Below are positions 41,355-50,777 of a stretch of DNA of 64,000 nucleotides, one piece after another. Below the pieces are notes generated by a model. The model had not been told where the DNA came from. It saw only the letters and a program-made list of their open reading frames with translations, and did not search any database. Location: the NCBI GenBank assembly GCA_963799845.1, contig CAWCYI010000006.1, forward strand, positions 1,568,001-1,632,000, read 5' to 3'. The stretch comes from an uncultured Nitrososphaerota archaeon (GTDB taxonomy: Archaea; Thermoproteota; Nitrososphaeria; Nitrososphaerales; CADDZS01). Position 1 is the first letter of the stretch. Each line of letters starts with the position of its first letter. A program made the translations under genes and the position numbers.

Positions 41355-41539
41355 TGGGCTTTCCTCACTCTACAGGCAGAAGCGTCATTGCTAGATAAGA
41401 ATTGTTTGTTCGTGAAAAAGTAAATTTCGAAAGATTAGCTCTACCCGGGTCTCTATTAGGGCAAATCTTCACCTTGTATCGCATGGGCTACAACGAAATA
41501 GAAGCTAAGAACAACTGTACTTTAATTCGATGCGATTAA

Positions 41540-41773
41540 TCACCCCACAACAACCATTGTAAGGGTCGATTTGATGCTTGGGAGTGCTCTGATTTGGTAA
41601 GTAATCGTTTCTTTCAGCTTGTCCTGAGTTTCGGCCTCTACTATTACGATAACATCGTAGACGCCATCACTAAGATGAGTCTCCTTGACGTTTTGAATTG
41701 ACTTCAATTTCTTGAGTAAATTTCTTTCGTCGCCAAGCTCTGCGCTAATCAAAAGCAACGCCTTGGCAGTCAA
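41540..41773 (-). CDS. Lrp/AsnC ligand-binding domain protein
   Basis: GVYDVIVIVEA...IRALPSIKSTLT. Confidence 0.85.
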   Translation of the reverse strand: MTAKALLLISAELGDERNLLKKLKSIQNVKETHLSDGVYDVIVIVEAETQDKLKETITYQIRALPSIKSTLTMVVVG

Positions 41774-42262
41774 TTTGATCTTCGAATGGAGGAGCAGAGC
41801 TTTGGTTAAAGGCTTTCGTTGAATCGGAGATTGATCTACGATTAGGGGTCCTTGATGCTTCGTCTTTAGCGCGGATAACCACTTATTGAAACCCCTACGC
41901 AAGTCTGTTTTTTCGGCCAAGTCAATGAGGAATGACTCCTGAAACACAGGCTCGAAGGTGGGCCTGCAATAGTTTTCCTTAGTCTCGAGGTACTTTCTCT
42001 CCACTACTTTCAGCTCGTCGTGTATTTTCCCCGCGATAGTATTAGGACGGACAGAACGCCAATGTGGAGCGCCTACTGAGCTCGAAAGCCGACGGACGAT
42101 CTCAGCCCCTCTCGGAGAAGATCGATGACTTGGACAATCGCCTGACTGGAAAAATAGATGAGCAGGGAACCCGTCCAAGCGAAAACGACAAGCGGCTCTC
42201 TAAGAAAATTGACAACCTAGACAAGCGACTCGACATCGTGCAGAGACTTGCCGTAGTCGAAG

Positions 42263-42899
42263 CTAAACTGAGAGATCAGGAGCAGGCGAGAAGGTAAGAA
42301 TTTCCCAGCTGTTGCTGCCGAGCTTTTCTTCAGACTCGCGCAATTCATCCTGCTGAATTCTGTTTATCAACACCGGAAAAATACGATCGTCCTCTTCTTT
42401 TATGTGGGCAGAGACGATTCTGTCAAGTTCCTCGATGCTAGACCAGCGGCTCTCTGCCATTGAATGTGTTGAGTCATGAAGATCCTTAAACGCTGCAGTG
42501 ATCAATTTGTGCTGCCGAAACTCAGCAGCTATAGCTTCGTCTGATAATTTTTCTCCTCCAGAAATCTCAGTAAATACCACCAGCTTGGACTCCTCGTCAT
42601 AAATGTGCTTCTTTACAAAAGCTTCTCAGCTCGATCGCGCGGTTTCTTGCTGTTTCGTAGTCCTGCCAGTCTTTCCTCGAGTCTAGCATGCGCAATATCC
42701 AGAGCTGTCGCTTAATTTCGTTGTGATCGCTTCTTAGGGTAGAAATGAGATTTTTGGCTTCGTACATCTTCTGATTATTTCCAACGATAACTTTCAAGCG
42801 TGAAGTTCGCTGGTCAGGCTGCTTTTGGAGTTGGACGGTTTCTGAACCATTTCTTCGATCGAAGAGATTCATCTGGTATTCAACATGTGTAATAGACAT
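42263..42899 (-). pseudogene. hemerythrin-domain protein, frameshift ~42620
   Basis: LRSDH, HIYDEE, QH, HIKEED motifs across two frames. Confidence 0.75.
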
Positions 42900-43314
42900 T
42901 ACGTTCTATATACGCCTATGTCGAGTATGGCAAAGCCATAAACATGGGAACTTGGCTCTCCGAATCTCTATCATTCTTGATCAAACTTCGATACTGACCG
43001 AATGGGGGAAAGCGACTGTGACCTGGTGGGCGCACAAAATCAAAGGCTTGCACCACAATGACTTCATTATGGTGGCCAAATCGGATCAAGTGCTGCTGAG
43101 CATCAAATGATGTCGCCGCAAAAGAGCGCACTAAACTTAAAGTCATATGCTCGGTGACCACATAACTAATGATCTTGCTCTTTCGTGAAAATTCTCTGAT
43201 GGTTCGGAATCGGAAATGATTCATTTTCTCAAGGATCAGTAGGGCAAAACGTCGAGGCTTTCCGGCGAAGCACAAGCAATAAGACATCTCAAATCAGTTA
43301 GCTTTTGAATCTGA

Positions 43315-43572
43315 GTGAGCACGTTCAAGATAGAAAAGGTCCGAGTCAACGATGAGAATAAGAGAGTAGAGGGAGCAGGTGTGCTCACGTTGGGCCCAAG
43401 AGAACGAGACTGGGTAAGAAGTTGGGCTAAAGCCAAGAAGGCAAACCTCAAGATCAATGGTTCCGAAGTTGAACTCTCTGGTAATATCACGGCAGACGAC
43501 GTCAAGAATCTGAAGTCTTTACTAAAGGATTACAGAAAGAGTTCTAACATCGGGTTCGTTGATAGCATATGA
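43315..43572 (+). CDS. small hypothetical protein
   Basis: 85-aa ORF with protein-like composition. Confidence 0.5.
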   Translation: MSTFKIEKVRVNDENKRVEGAGVLTLGPRERDWVRSWAKAKKANLKINGSEVELSGNITADDVKNLKSLLKDYRKSSNIGFVDSI

Positions 43573-43624
43573 AACTAGTTGCTGTAGTCCGTTCACATTC
43601 TATGTTCTCCAGTCATCCATGCAA

Positions 43625-45193
43625 TCAGCGAACGATCTCGAGTCTGAAGCCGCGCTCTGTTATCGCGTAGAACCTCTTTTGGTACTTCTCGAATTCTTCC
43701 TCTGTCGTTAGTATAACATGCTCTGGCTCTATGCCAGTCCCGTGGTGCATCAGCCTCCCAAACCTCTGGGATTCCTGCATCCTGCTCCCGTACAGCGATG
43801 ACACCTCGATCACCCTCTCCAGCTCGGGAACTGAGATCCCTTCATCACCCACCCTCGATACGACCGAGACGTCGGACTGCCTTATGATCTCAAGCCTCTC
43901 GCCCTCCCTCGTGTCTCCGTAGACAAACGGTATCGCAAATTTCTGGGCGATCTTTTGCCCAAAGTCTATCGAGTCGCAGAACACCACGGTCTTCAACGGC
44001 AGTTTCAAAAGCTGCTCAAGCTTTGAGATCTTCTCGCTCTCGTTATTCAACAAATAGAGTTTGAACGAGGGCTGCCTGACAACGCTCAGGTTCAGAAGCT
44101 CGTCCCAGGAGATGCCAATTGGAAATCCGGTCAATGCAAAGATGTAGCTCTCCCTCCGGTCCTCCCTGAACGGGCTTGCCGATAGTCCCAGCCTGTACTT
44201 TGTCTTGAGCGTAGCTAGGCGTACGAACGTGTTTGCAGGAAGGTGGTGAACCTCATCGAATACGACGAGCGTATACTCCCTGCCTCTCAGCTTCTCGTAG
44301 CCCTGATATGTTTGGACTGTTATCTCCTGTTGCGAAGAAGAGGGAATGTACTTTTTGATCCTTTCAAGCCACTGCTCCTTTAGCGTGAGAGTTGGTACAA
44401 CCACGAGCTTCCTTCCCTTGATGCGGGAAAGCGCGAATACTCCGAACAAACTCTTCCCGCTCCCGAAAGGCCAGAATAGACCGCAAGCTCCCTTGCTCAG
44501 GAATTCCTCCCACGCTTTTCTCTGGTAGCTCCTGAGCTCGAGTGGCTCAGCGCCTGATTGATTTTCTTCTTCTCTCAGGTCGGAAGGTTCGACGGGGCGA
44601 GGAATGAATGGAATTATTCCATCCTCTACGAGTCTTGAGATCAGCTTGAACTCGTACCCCTTCCTTATTCTTAATCGGCCATCTCCTTCCTTCGAGTGTA
44701 TGAACTGCCTGTACCTCTGAAATGTGTCTTCCTGGTGCTCCTTGCCTGTCCAAAGCACACCATCGGCAACGATCTTGAGCTGAGGAAGTTCGGTGGGAAA
44801 CTTGAGCTTCTGTCTTAGGGCGTCGGGTATCGGCGAGATCCACTGGACGTAGCGGTTTACAACGAAGATGTTGTAAGATTTTGTTTGTCTCTCGAGCCAT
44901 CCAATTTGAAAGTTGAGCCACCTTGGGGCTATGACGTAGAATTCGTTTTCCTTCTTTGGAATTATCAGGTATGGCTCCTTGAGGAAGTTGTCGAGCTCTT
45001 CCTGCTGTTGTTCCGTAACGGTGGTGTATCTTGTCAGAGCGAGCTCCTCTATTCTCTTTTCGATGGTCGATCTGATCTTTTCCTTTTCAAGCTTGAGCGA
45101 TTCTATTAGAAGGTCTATCTTTGCAAGTGATTCGTCTACTGATCTGCGAATCGAGGAGATGTCTGTGGTAGTAGTAGAGGAGGATGGTTCCAT
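43625..45193 (-). CDS. XPB/Rad25-like SF2 helicase
   Basis: LRSYQ, GSGKS, DEVH, GLSAS, QRFGRL. Confidence 0.88.
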   Translation of the reverse strand: MEPSSSTTTTDISSIRRSVDESLAKIDLLIESLKLEKEKIRSTIEKRIEELALTRYTTVTEQQQEELDNFLKEPYLIIPKKENEFYVIAPRWLNFQIGWLERQTKSYNIFVVNRYVQWISPIPDALRQKLKFPTELPQLKIVADGVLWTGKEHQEDTFQRYRQFIHSKEGDGRLRIRKGYEFKLISRLVEDGIIPFIPRPVEPSDLREEENQSGAEPLELRSYQRKAWEEFLSKGACGLFWPFGSGKSLFGVFALSRIKGRKLVVVPTLTLKEQWLERIKKYIPSSSQQEITVQTYQGYEKLRGREYTLVVFDEVHHLPANTFVRLATLKTKYRLGLSASPFREDRRESYIFALTGFPIGISWDELLNLSVVRQPSFKLYLLNNESEKISKLEQLLKLPLKTVVFCDSIDFGQKIAQKFAIPFVYGDTREGERLEIIRQSDVSVVSRVGDEGISVPELERVIEVSSLYGSRMQESQRFGRLMHHGTGIEPEHVILTTEEEFEKYQKRFYAITERGFRLEIVR

Positions 45194-45616
45194 TCGATTA
45201 CAGCCACCACCTATGTCTATGTATGAATGCCTAAAAGCTCATTGAGCTTCTGTGTCTTATTTGATGAGTAAATCCTTTTCAACAATTCTCCTCGATGTTG
45301 CTGCAAAAGGTCAATGAAGACAAACAAGCGCTTCAAGCTTTCCGCCCGTGTAAGCAGTTCAAATCCTCAGGCCATCAGGCCTGTTCTTGAAAGCTGTTCA
45401 AGAAGCAGGCAAAGGATGATCGGGTGTTGATGATTGTTTATTCGATTTTTTGGACCGGCTAATGGCGTCTTTCTATTTGTGAGCGGTTAGCTCGATATGA
45501 AGTGGTAGAAGCATAGTGAGAATTTTTCCGCGAATGCTTCTTATTTTCGATGTATTTGGAGAACGAACAATTTAAAGTGAAACCACAAATAATGGGTCCT
45601 TCGATCATCAGAAAGC

Positions 45617-47020
45617 ATGGCCGAAGGCGACCACTTGAAGCTGATGAACCGGATTGTTGAAGCGATTACTATCTACTACAATTACTTCATTCCGGTTCAT
45701 GAAGACGGAAAGACCGTGGCTGAGTTTATGGGATTCGACCCACCGGTCTGGCTCTCTGCACTCGTGGCAGCAGGCAGAGAAAAGGAATTGCCATTCCGCG
45801 AGACAAAAATGATTATGGAGGATCCCTCTCACTTCAACGGCGTGCTAGTCTCAACTATTGCTCAGGAAATCCTTGGGCAAGGTCCAGATGCAACAACAGC
45901 AAAGAAGAGCAATAGGGCCAAAGTTGTGATGCAGATTATGGAAGAGCTGGACAGGGAGAAGGGGAGGAGGGAAGAGCTGAATAATGCGGAACGCGATGCC
46001 TACGGTCGCCATTACAGGAGCTACACTCGCAGAGAGTCAGAGATAGAGGAAGAAACTGGATTACTTGAAGCAAAAGATTCTGGGGCAGAGGAAACTGTAT
46101 GGGAGGGAGAAGATGACGAAGGGGAATCGCCTACGATCAGGATACCATTCGTTACCCTCTACAGAATCGAGAAGAACAAGAAAAACAGGGTGAGGGTGCT
46201 GCTTCAGAGTTACAAGAATGGCAGCATTACCGTACACTTTTTCGGGGATGAATTTACGATCGAGCTGGATCAGAAGGAAGAGCAGAGGCAAGATGAAACG
46301 ACTACTGCCATCATCACCTTTGCTGCATACTGTCATCCTACAAAGAACAGCAATGTACCTCAGGTCGGAACAAGGCTCGGAGCCATAAACTTGTATCGAG
46401 ATTGCATCGAACTCTCGAGCATAGTGGAGGAGCGGCATAGGGCGTTACGCGACTTTGTCGCCAAGCTCGTCGGAGAGAAGAATCTTCATTTGCTCAGAGA
46501 GATAGAAGATGCGGTCGTAGATCCTGAGACCGGCGAGGCCAAAACGGAGTGGATGATTGTGGAAGAAGAGGCGGATGAGATGGTACGTGACCGAAAGGGA
46601 GAAGAGCTTCTCGCGGATGGGATCGAAGCGTGCATGGCCGCTGGGATAGTAACTACAAACCCAGATGGCAAGGAGAAAGAAGGTAGGCCTGAAATCTCGC
46701 GTAGTTTCATGGAAAAAGTGCTAGAGTCTTACGAGAAGAACCTAGGCAGTGGTTCGAAGTCTGAAGCAATAATGGACGCTATTACCAACACTGTGGTGAG
46801 TTACCTGATGGATTCTGAAGAAGAGGAAGGCACCCGCAACTTGTACTATGAGACGGGCGCTGCTGTTATGTCAATAATTTTCATGATACAGGCACGGGCA
46901 GAAAAAGAGGGCGTAAAACATGTTCTAACAACTTTGAATAGGATGATAAATCAAGAACCGGTATCGGATGGATATTTGGCCGTGTTGGTCAATTACTTTC
47001 AGAAGCTCTCGCACTTCTGA
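45617..47020 (+). CDS. hypothetical acidic protein
   Basis: 467-aa ORF with TATA-like TTTAAAG upstream. Confidence 0.8.
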   Translation: MAEGDHLKLMNRIVEAITIYYNYFIPVHEDGKTVAEFMGFDPPVWLSALVAAGREKELPFRETKMIMEDPSHFNGVLVSTIAQEILGQGPDATTAKKSNRAKVVMQIMEELDREKGRREELNNAERDAYGRHYRSYTRRESEIEEETGLLEAKDSGAEETVWEGEDDEGESPTIRIPFVTLYRIEKNKKNRVRVLLQSYKNGSITVHFFGDEFTIELDQKEEQRQDETTTAIITFAAYCHPTKNSNVPQVGTRLGAINLYRDCIELSSIVEERHRALRDFVAKLVGEKNLHLLREIEDAVVDPETGEAKTEWMIVEEEADEMVRDRKGEELLADGIEACMAAGIVTTNPDGKEKEGRPEISRSFMEKVLESYEKNLGSGSKSEAIMDAITNTVVSYLMDSEEEEGTRNLYYETGAAVMSIIFMIQARAEKEGVKHVLTTLNRMINQEPVSDGYLAVLVNYFQKLSHF

Positions 47021-47052
47021 ACTGTAGTGCAAACATGCCAAGTATGACGCTC

Positions 47053-49332
47053 TCAAAGTGTTTGTATCACTTTCCTGACCTTTACGCACAGAACGTCATT
47101 CGTGTGATACAGTTCGCATAACGCCCTAAACTTGCTTCTCTTTTTGATTAGCTGCCTCGGACCAACGTAATCTGATGCGTGCAGTCTTGCGTGCCACCTC
47201 TGGTCGACCAGCACTACTGCTTGCCCCTGCATCACTTTCTCTATTTCGACTTCCATCAACTTGGAACCTGAAATCTCCTTGGTGGTCGATAGAGTCACAA
47301 CTCGTTGTTGTCCCTTTTTTCCCGTCTTTTGATCTTGCTCGTAATCTCTCGTTCTTCTCCCAATCTTGTCACCCTTGCTATCATCACCACCGCTACTCGA
47401 AAGGTAATTTCTCTTTACAAGCCTGTGAAGAGCGGCCTTTACTACGCTTGCCTGAAATCCTTCATCCCGCTCCAGTAGCTCAGCGTATAGTGTGTCTTCA
47501 TCAAGTCCGACCATTCCAGATTCTAGGATTCTCATGTAGATCGCGCGCTCGGCACGCGACACCATCCTGCCAAAGGCTTTGACCCGCTCGTAAGTGTTTT
47601 CTTCCAGCGTCTCTTCACGTGAACTGATCCCCTGCATACTTGAGCTGAGTTTATCGAGCTGAAGAAGTTCCTCTCGGGTCATGGGATTGAGTGGGGGTCT
47701 CGGTCGCAATCCAAGTACGGGCTTTAGGAACTTCTGGTTGAGCGTCTCAGTAATCTTCCTCATCCTTTCCGTCCTTCGCTCCGAAGCATGCAAGTAGACT
47801 ATGTCGTTTGTATTCCTTGCAGCCAGAATGATGACCCTACCAACAGATCTTCTTCCAGTTCTGCCTCTCCTCTGGATGTACCTGATCTCCGATGGGATTG
47901 GTTCGTAGAATATTACCAGATCAACTTCCGGGATGTCGAGTCCTTCCTCCGCGATGGACGTTGAACAAAGCGTGTTGATGTACCCCTTCCTGAAATCGTC
48001 TATCCGTGACGCCTGCTCATCCTGACTCAAGCCCTTGTCGCGAATCTTGGATGCCTGTCCCACGAACCTTTCCGCTCTAACTCCCTTTACCTTGTTCAGT
48101 TCTTCAACAAGGTGAGTAGTCGTGTCCCTGTACTGGGCGAACACGAGCAACCTGGACTTTGGGTTTGAGCTGATTTGCGTCGAAACTATTTTCTTGAGCT
48201 CTTCGAGCTTTGGGTGCTCGACGTAACACTGACCCCGCTTTTCGTCCAGAAGAGTCCTGAGACTTGCGTACGGTTCCTCGCCTATTATCACTGAGTGTCC
48301 CTTCTTACCCTCGCCGTTCTCCTCAATCCTTTGCATGAAGCATCTAAGGGTGTACGCCCCTTGCGTGTCAAGGAGCTCGATCATGTGGAATAACGTGAGC
48401 GCCTGCGACTGGAGCGAAATCGCGTAATACAGTGGCCCCCTTTCCTCTTCTATGCTCATCTCCGCACGATACCTGAGCTCGGAGCCGAGGTCGATAAGAT
48501 CCATTCGCGATACAAACGCTGAGCTCTTCTTCAGATAGCCGCGCGCTTTGATCGTGCCGATCCTGCGGTCGAGCATTCCTCGGAGTATTCCTCTCACAGG
48601 CTCGTAAGCCAAAGGCAGATCAACTTCCCTGCCCTCGACAGTTATGGGGTTGATGAATGGTTTCACATCAGGATCTTCGTCAGTGCGGTGTTCAACGTGC
48701 TCAATGTGAAGTGAGTTGCACACCATCATTATTTTTCTGATGTCAGAGCCCGGAGATGCTGTCATTCCCAAGATCAGGGGAAACTGGGAACTATTTGCGT
48801 ACGTTTCTGCCACTTCCGTGTAGGCGTATTCTTTTACTGACCGGTGACACTCGTCAAACACGACCAGGCCGAAATCTTTCAAGCTGGAAAGCTTTCCCTC
48901 GCGAAGATCGTTTCTAACAACCTGGGGAGTTGCGAATACTAGCCTCTGTTGCGGAGACGACCACACACCAGCTCTGTAATCTGCAGGCGTCTTACCCGTC
49001 AACAACACAAATTTCTCTTCAGGGAGCCTGATCAAGCTCTGGAAACTTCTCTTGTGCTGCATCACAAGAGGTCTCGTCGGCGCCATGATCAGCACTCGTG
49101 AATCCCTGTAATTCAGGAGAGTATCGACTGCAACAAGGGCTGAAATTACAGTCTTTCCCAGCGAGGTAGGTAAGATTACCAGAGTGTTTTTGTCGAGAGC
49201 GGTCTTTGCTATGTAGGTCTGATACAACCTTTCCTCAACGGTATGAGGATATATGAGAGGGTGGGATACGAATTCTTTCGGATTCTTCTCGATGTGCCCA
49301 AGCTCCTCCTGCTGTGGCTGCTCCGTTGTCAA
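47053..49332 (-). CDS. Hef/FANCM-like SF2 helicase without ERCC4 nuclease domain
   Basis: HPLI, RLYQ, PTSLGKT, DECH, TASPG, EEGLDIP, QRRGRTGR. Confidence 0.9.
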   Translation of the reverse strand: MTTEQPQQEELGHIEKNPKEFVSHPLIYPHTVEERLYQTYIAKTALDKNTLVILPTSLGKTVISALVAVDTLLNYRDSRVLIMAPTRPLVMQHKRSFQSLIRLPEEKFVLLTGKTPADYRAGVWSSPQQRLVFATPQVVRNDLREGKLSSLKDFGLVVFDECHRSVKEYAYTEVAETYANSSQFPLILGMTASPGSDIRKIMMVCNSLHIEHVEHRTDEDPDVKPFINPITVEGREVDLPLAYEPVRGILRGMLDRRIGTIKARGYLKKSSAFVSRMDLIDLGSELRYRAEMSIEEERGPLYYAISLQSQALTLFHMIELLDTQGAYTLRCFMQRIEENGEGKKGHSVIIGEEPYASLRTLLDEKRGQCYVEHPKLEELKKIVSTQISSNPKSRLLVFAQYRDTTTHLVEELNKVKGVRAERFVGQASKIRDKGLSQDEQASRIDDFRKGYINTLCSTSIAEEGLDIPEVDLVIFYEPIPSEIRYIQRRGRTGRRSVGRVIILAARNTNDIVYLHASERRTERMRKITETLNQKFLKPVLGLRPRPPLNPMTREELLQLDKLSSSMQGISSREETLEENTYERVKAFGRMVSRAERAIYMRILESGMVGLDEDTLYAELLERDEGFQASVVKAALHRLVKRNYLSSSGGDDSKGDKIGRRTRDYEQDQKTGKKGQQRVVTLSTTKEISGSKLMEVEIEKVMQGQAVVLVDQRWHARLHASDYVGPRQLIKKRSKFRALCELYHTNDVLCVKVRKVIQTL

Positions 49333-49434
49333 AGCATGGGCACCGCGTATCTATCCGTCGACAACTTCGTATCTGCCCAACCGCTCACAATTTGAAAGGC
49401 GCCCACTAGTACCAAAAATCTAACAAGCAATCAA

Positions 49435-49809
49435 TCAGATTTCTAACACGTCTTCGCCTTGCTTTGCTCCCGTAGATCTCGAGGCAGTTTTCGGGTTTAC
49501 GCTATCCACTCCCTGAAGTAGCGGAGTAAGCTTGTCAAACTGGAAGAGTTCTCTAAATTCTTCGAGCTCCTCCTTGGACCTCAGGACTAACCCTCTCTTC
49601 TTCGTTGCTGCACCCGAACCGTCAACGGGATTCAGTTCTACCGCGAGTCTGGTCGGGATGCTCTTGTACGCGGGCATCTTTAGGACAAACACGCCTGGCA
49701 CGGAAGTCTTGAACCTACCCCAATCGGGGCCAGTCTTCAGGAATGAGGCCAGTTTTTCTTCAAATGATGATGAGGACGACAATTTGCTTTTTCGATCACT
49801 CGCACACAA
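49435..49809 (-). CDS. small conserved-looking hypothetical protein
   Basis: FLKTGPDWGRFKTSVPGVFVLK...ELNPVD. Confidence 0.7.
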   Translation of the reverse strand: MCASDRKSKLSSSSSFEEKLASFLKTGPDWGRFKTSVPGVFVLKMPAYKSIPTRLAVELNPVDGSGAATKKRGLVLRSKEELEEFRELFQFDKLTPLLQGVDSVNPKTASRSTGAKQGEDVLEI

Positions 49810-49897
49810 TTTGGCTTTTCACTCTGGTTTGTTAATAAATATTCAAGTGCTAGATCTTCGCCGAGTACTCAACGCTCTTGGGGTTGAACAGCGTTTT

Positions 49898-50203
49898 TTG
49901 AACAAAGATATTACAAAGGTTCTTGTTGTCTTTCCAGAAGCGTGGAGTCGCTCTAAGAGACAGTATGTCAGGCTCACTTCCAAGCCTACTGCAGACAACA
50001 AATCAACCAGTACAGACTGGTTAGGGCACAAATATGATTTTTCACATAACCGCAACAAGGCGAAGATAGAGTACGGTGAGGACGACGTTAGAAAACTTGA
50101 GACTGCTGCTGATTCCTCGATTCTCCGAGTCAGGAGTGATCGAGGCGAATACAAATTTGAGAAGACAAATGGAAAGTGGGTTCAAATGGTTGAAGAAATC
50201 TGA
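49898..50203 (+). CDS. hypothetical protein
   Basis: 3' part of ORF 49532-50203, TTG start. Confidence 0.5.
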   Translation: MNKDITKVLVVFPEAWSRSKRQYVRLTSKPTADNKSTSTDWLGHKYDFSHNRNKAKIEYGEDDVRKLETAADSSILRVRSDRGEYKFEKTNGKWVQMVEEI

Positions 50204-50305
50204 ATGATGACTTTCGATCCGGCCAAGTGATTGTTGCCAGATGATGAAAGAGCTGCGAAATCGACGGATCAGCCTCTCCGTCTTAGCGATGTATCCACCA
50301 GCTAA

Positions 50306-50527
50306 CTAAACTGTGATGGTGAATCCCACCCTTATCGCGCAATCGATGTGGTAGTATCGCGCCCCCACCTTCGATCCCTTGCTCATTGCGTACTTTGTTT
50401 CAATGGAACGATCGCAGTACTTGCACTTCGGTCGATTTTCCCTGCCGCGTTTTCGCACCCGGAGGTCGACTATTTTTATGCTCCTGGTTGGGCTCACAAG
50501 CACTGGCTTTCTTTCCTCATTCATCAC
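50306..50527 (-). CDS. small zinc-finger protein
   Basis: CKYC...YYHIDCA. Confidence 0.6.
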   Translation of the reverse strand: MMNEERKPVLVSPTRSIKIVDLRVRKRGRENRPKCKYCDRSIETKYAMSKGSKVGARYYHIDCAIRVGFTITV

Positions 50528-50777
50528 TGGATTCCTTCTGGAAGTTCTGCTGCGCGATAAAAACTCTACCGATGAATTAAGGATCGCTTGATTGTGTAAC
50601 TATACTCTCATTTCACTCGGACTGATTCAAGTGTGTGCAACTGAGATACAATATTTCTCGTCTATGTAAGGGGGATTATTTCCGACTTACATACAATCTT
50701 TTTGAAATCCGTCGATATTGAGACAAGCGAGATCATCGTAATTAGCCAAACTTGAAATAGAAAAACATCAAAATTTA

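Noticed and set aside
41774-42178. Long N-terminal extension of the Lrp/AsnC ORF
   Set aside because: Appears to be an in-frame fusion of unrelated gene fragments; Lrp likely starts at TTG 41773
42064-42297. Heptad repeat ORF (KIDDLDNRL)
   Set aside because: Likely the 3' remnant of a common archaeal coiled-coil protein; no credible start
49532-49897. 5' part of the 223-aa plus-strand ORF
   Set aside because: Antisense shadow of the 49435-49809 gene
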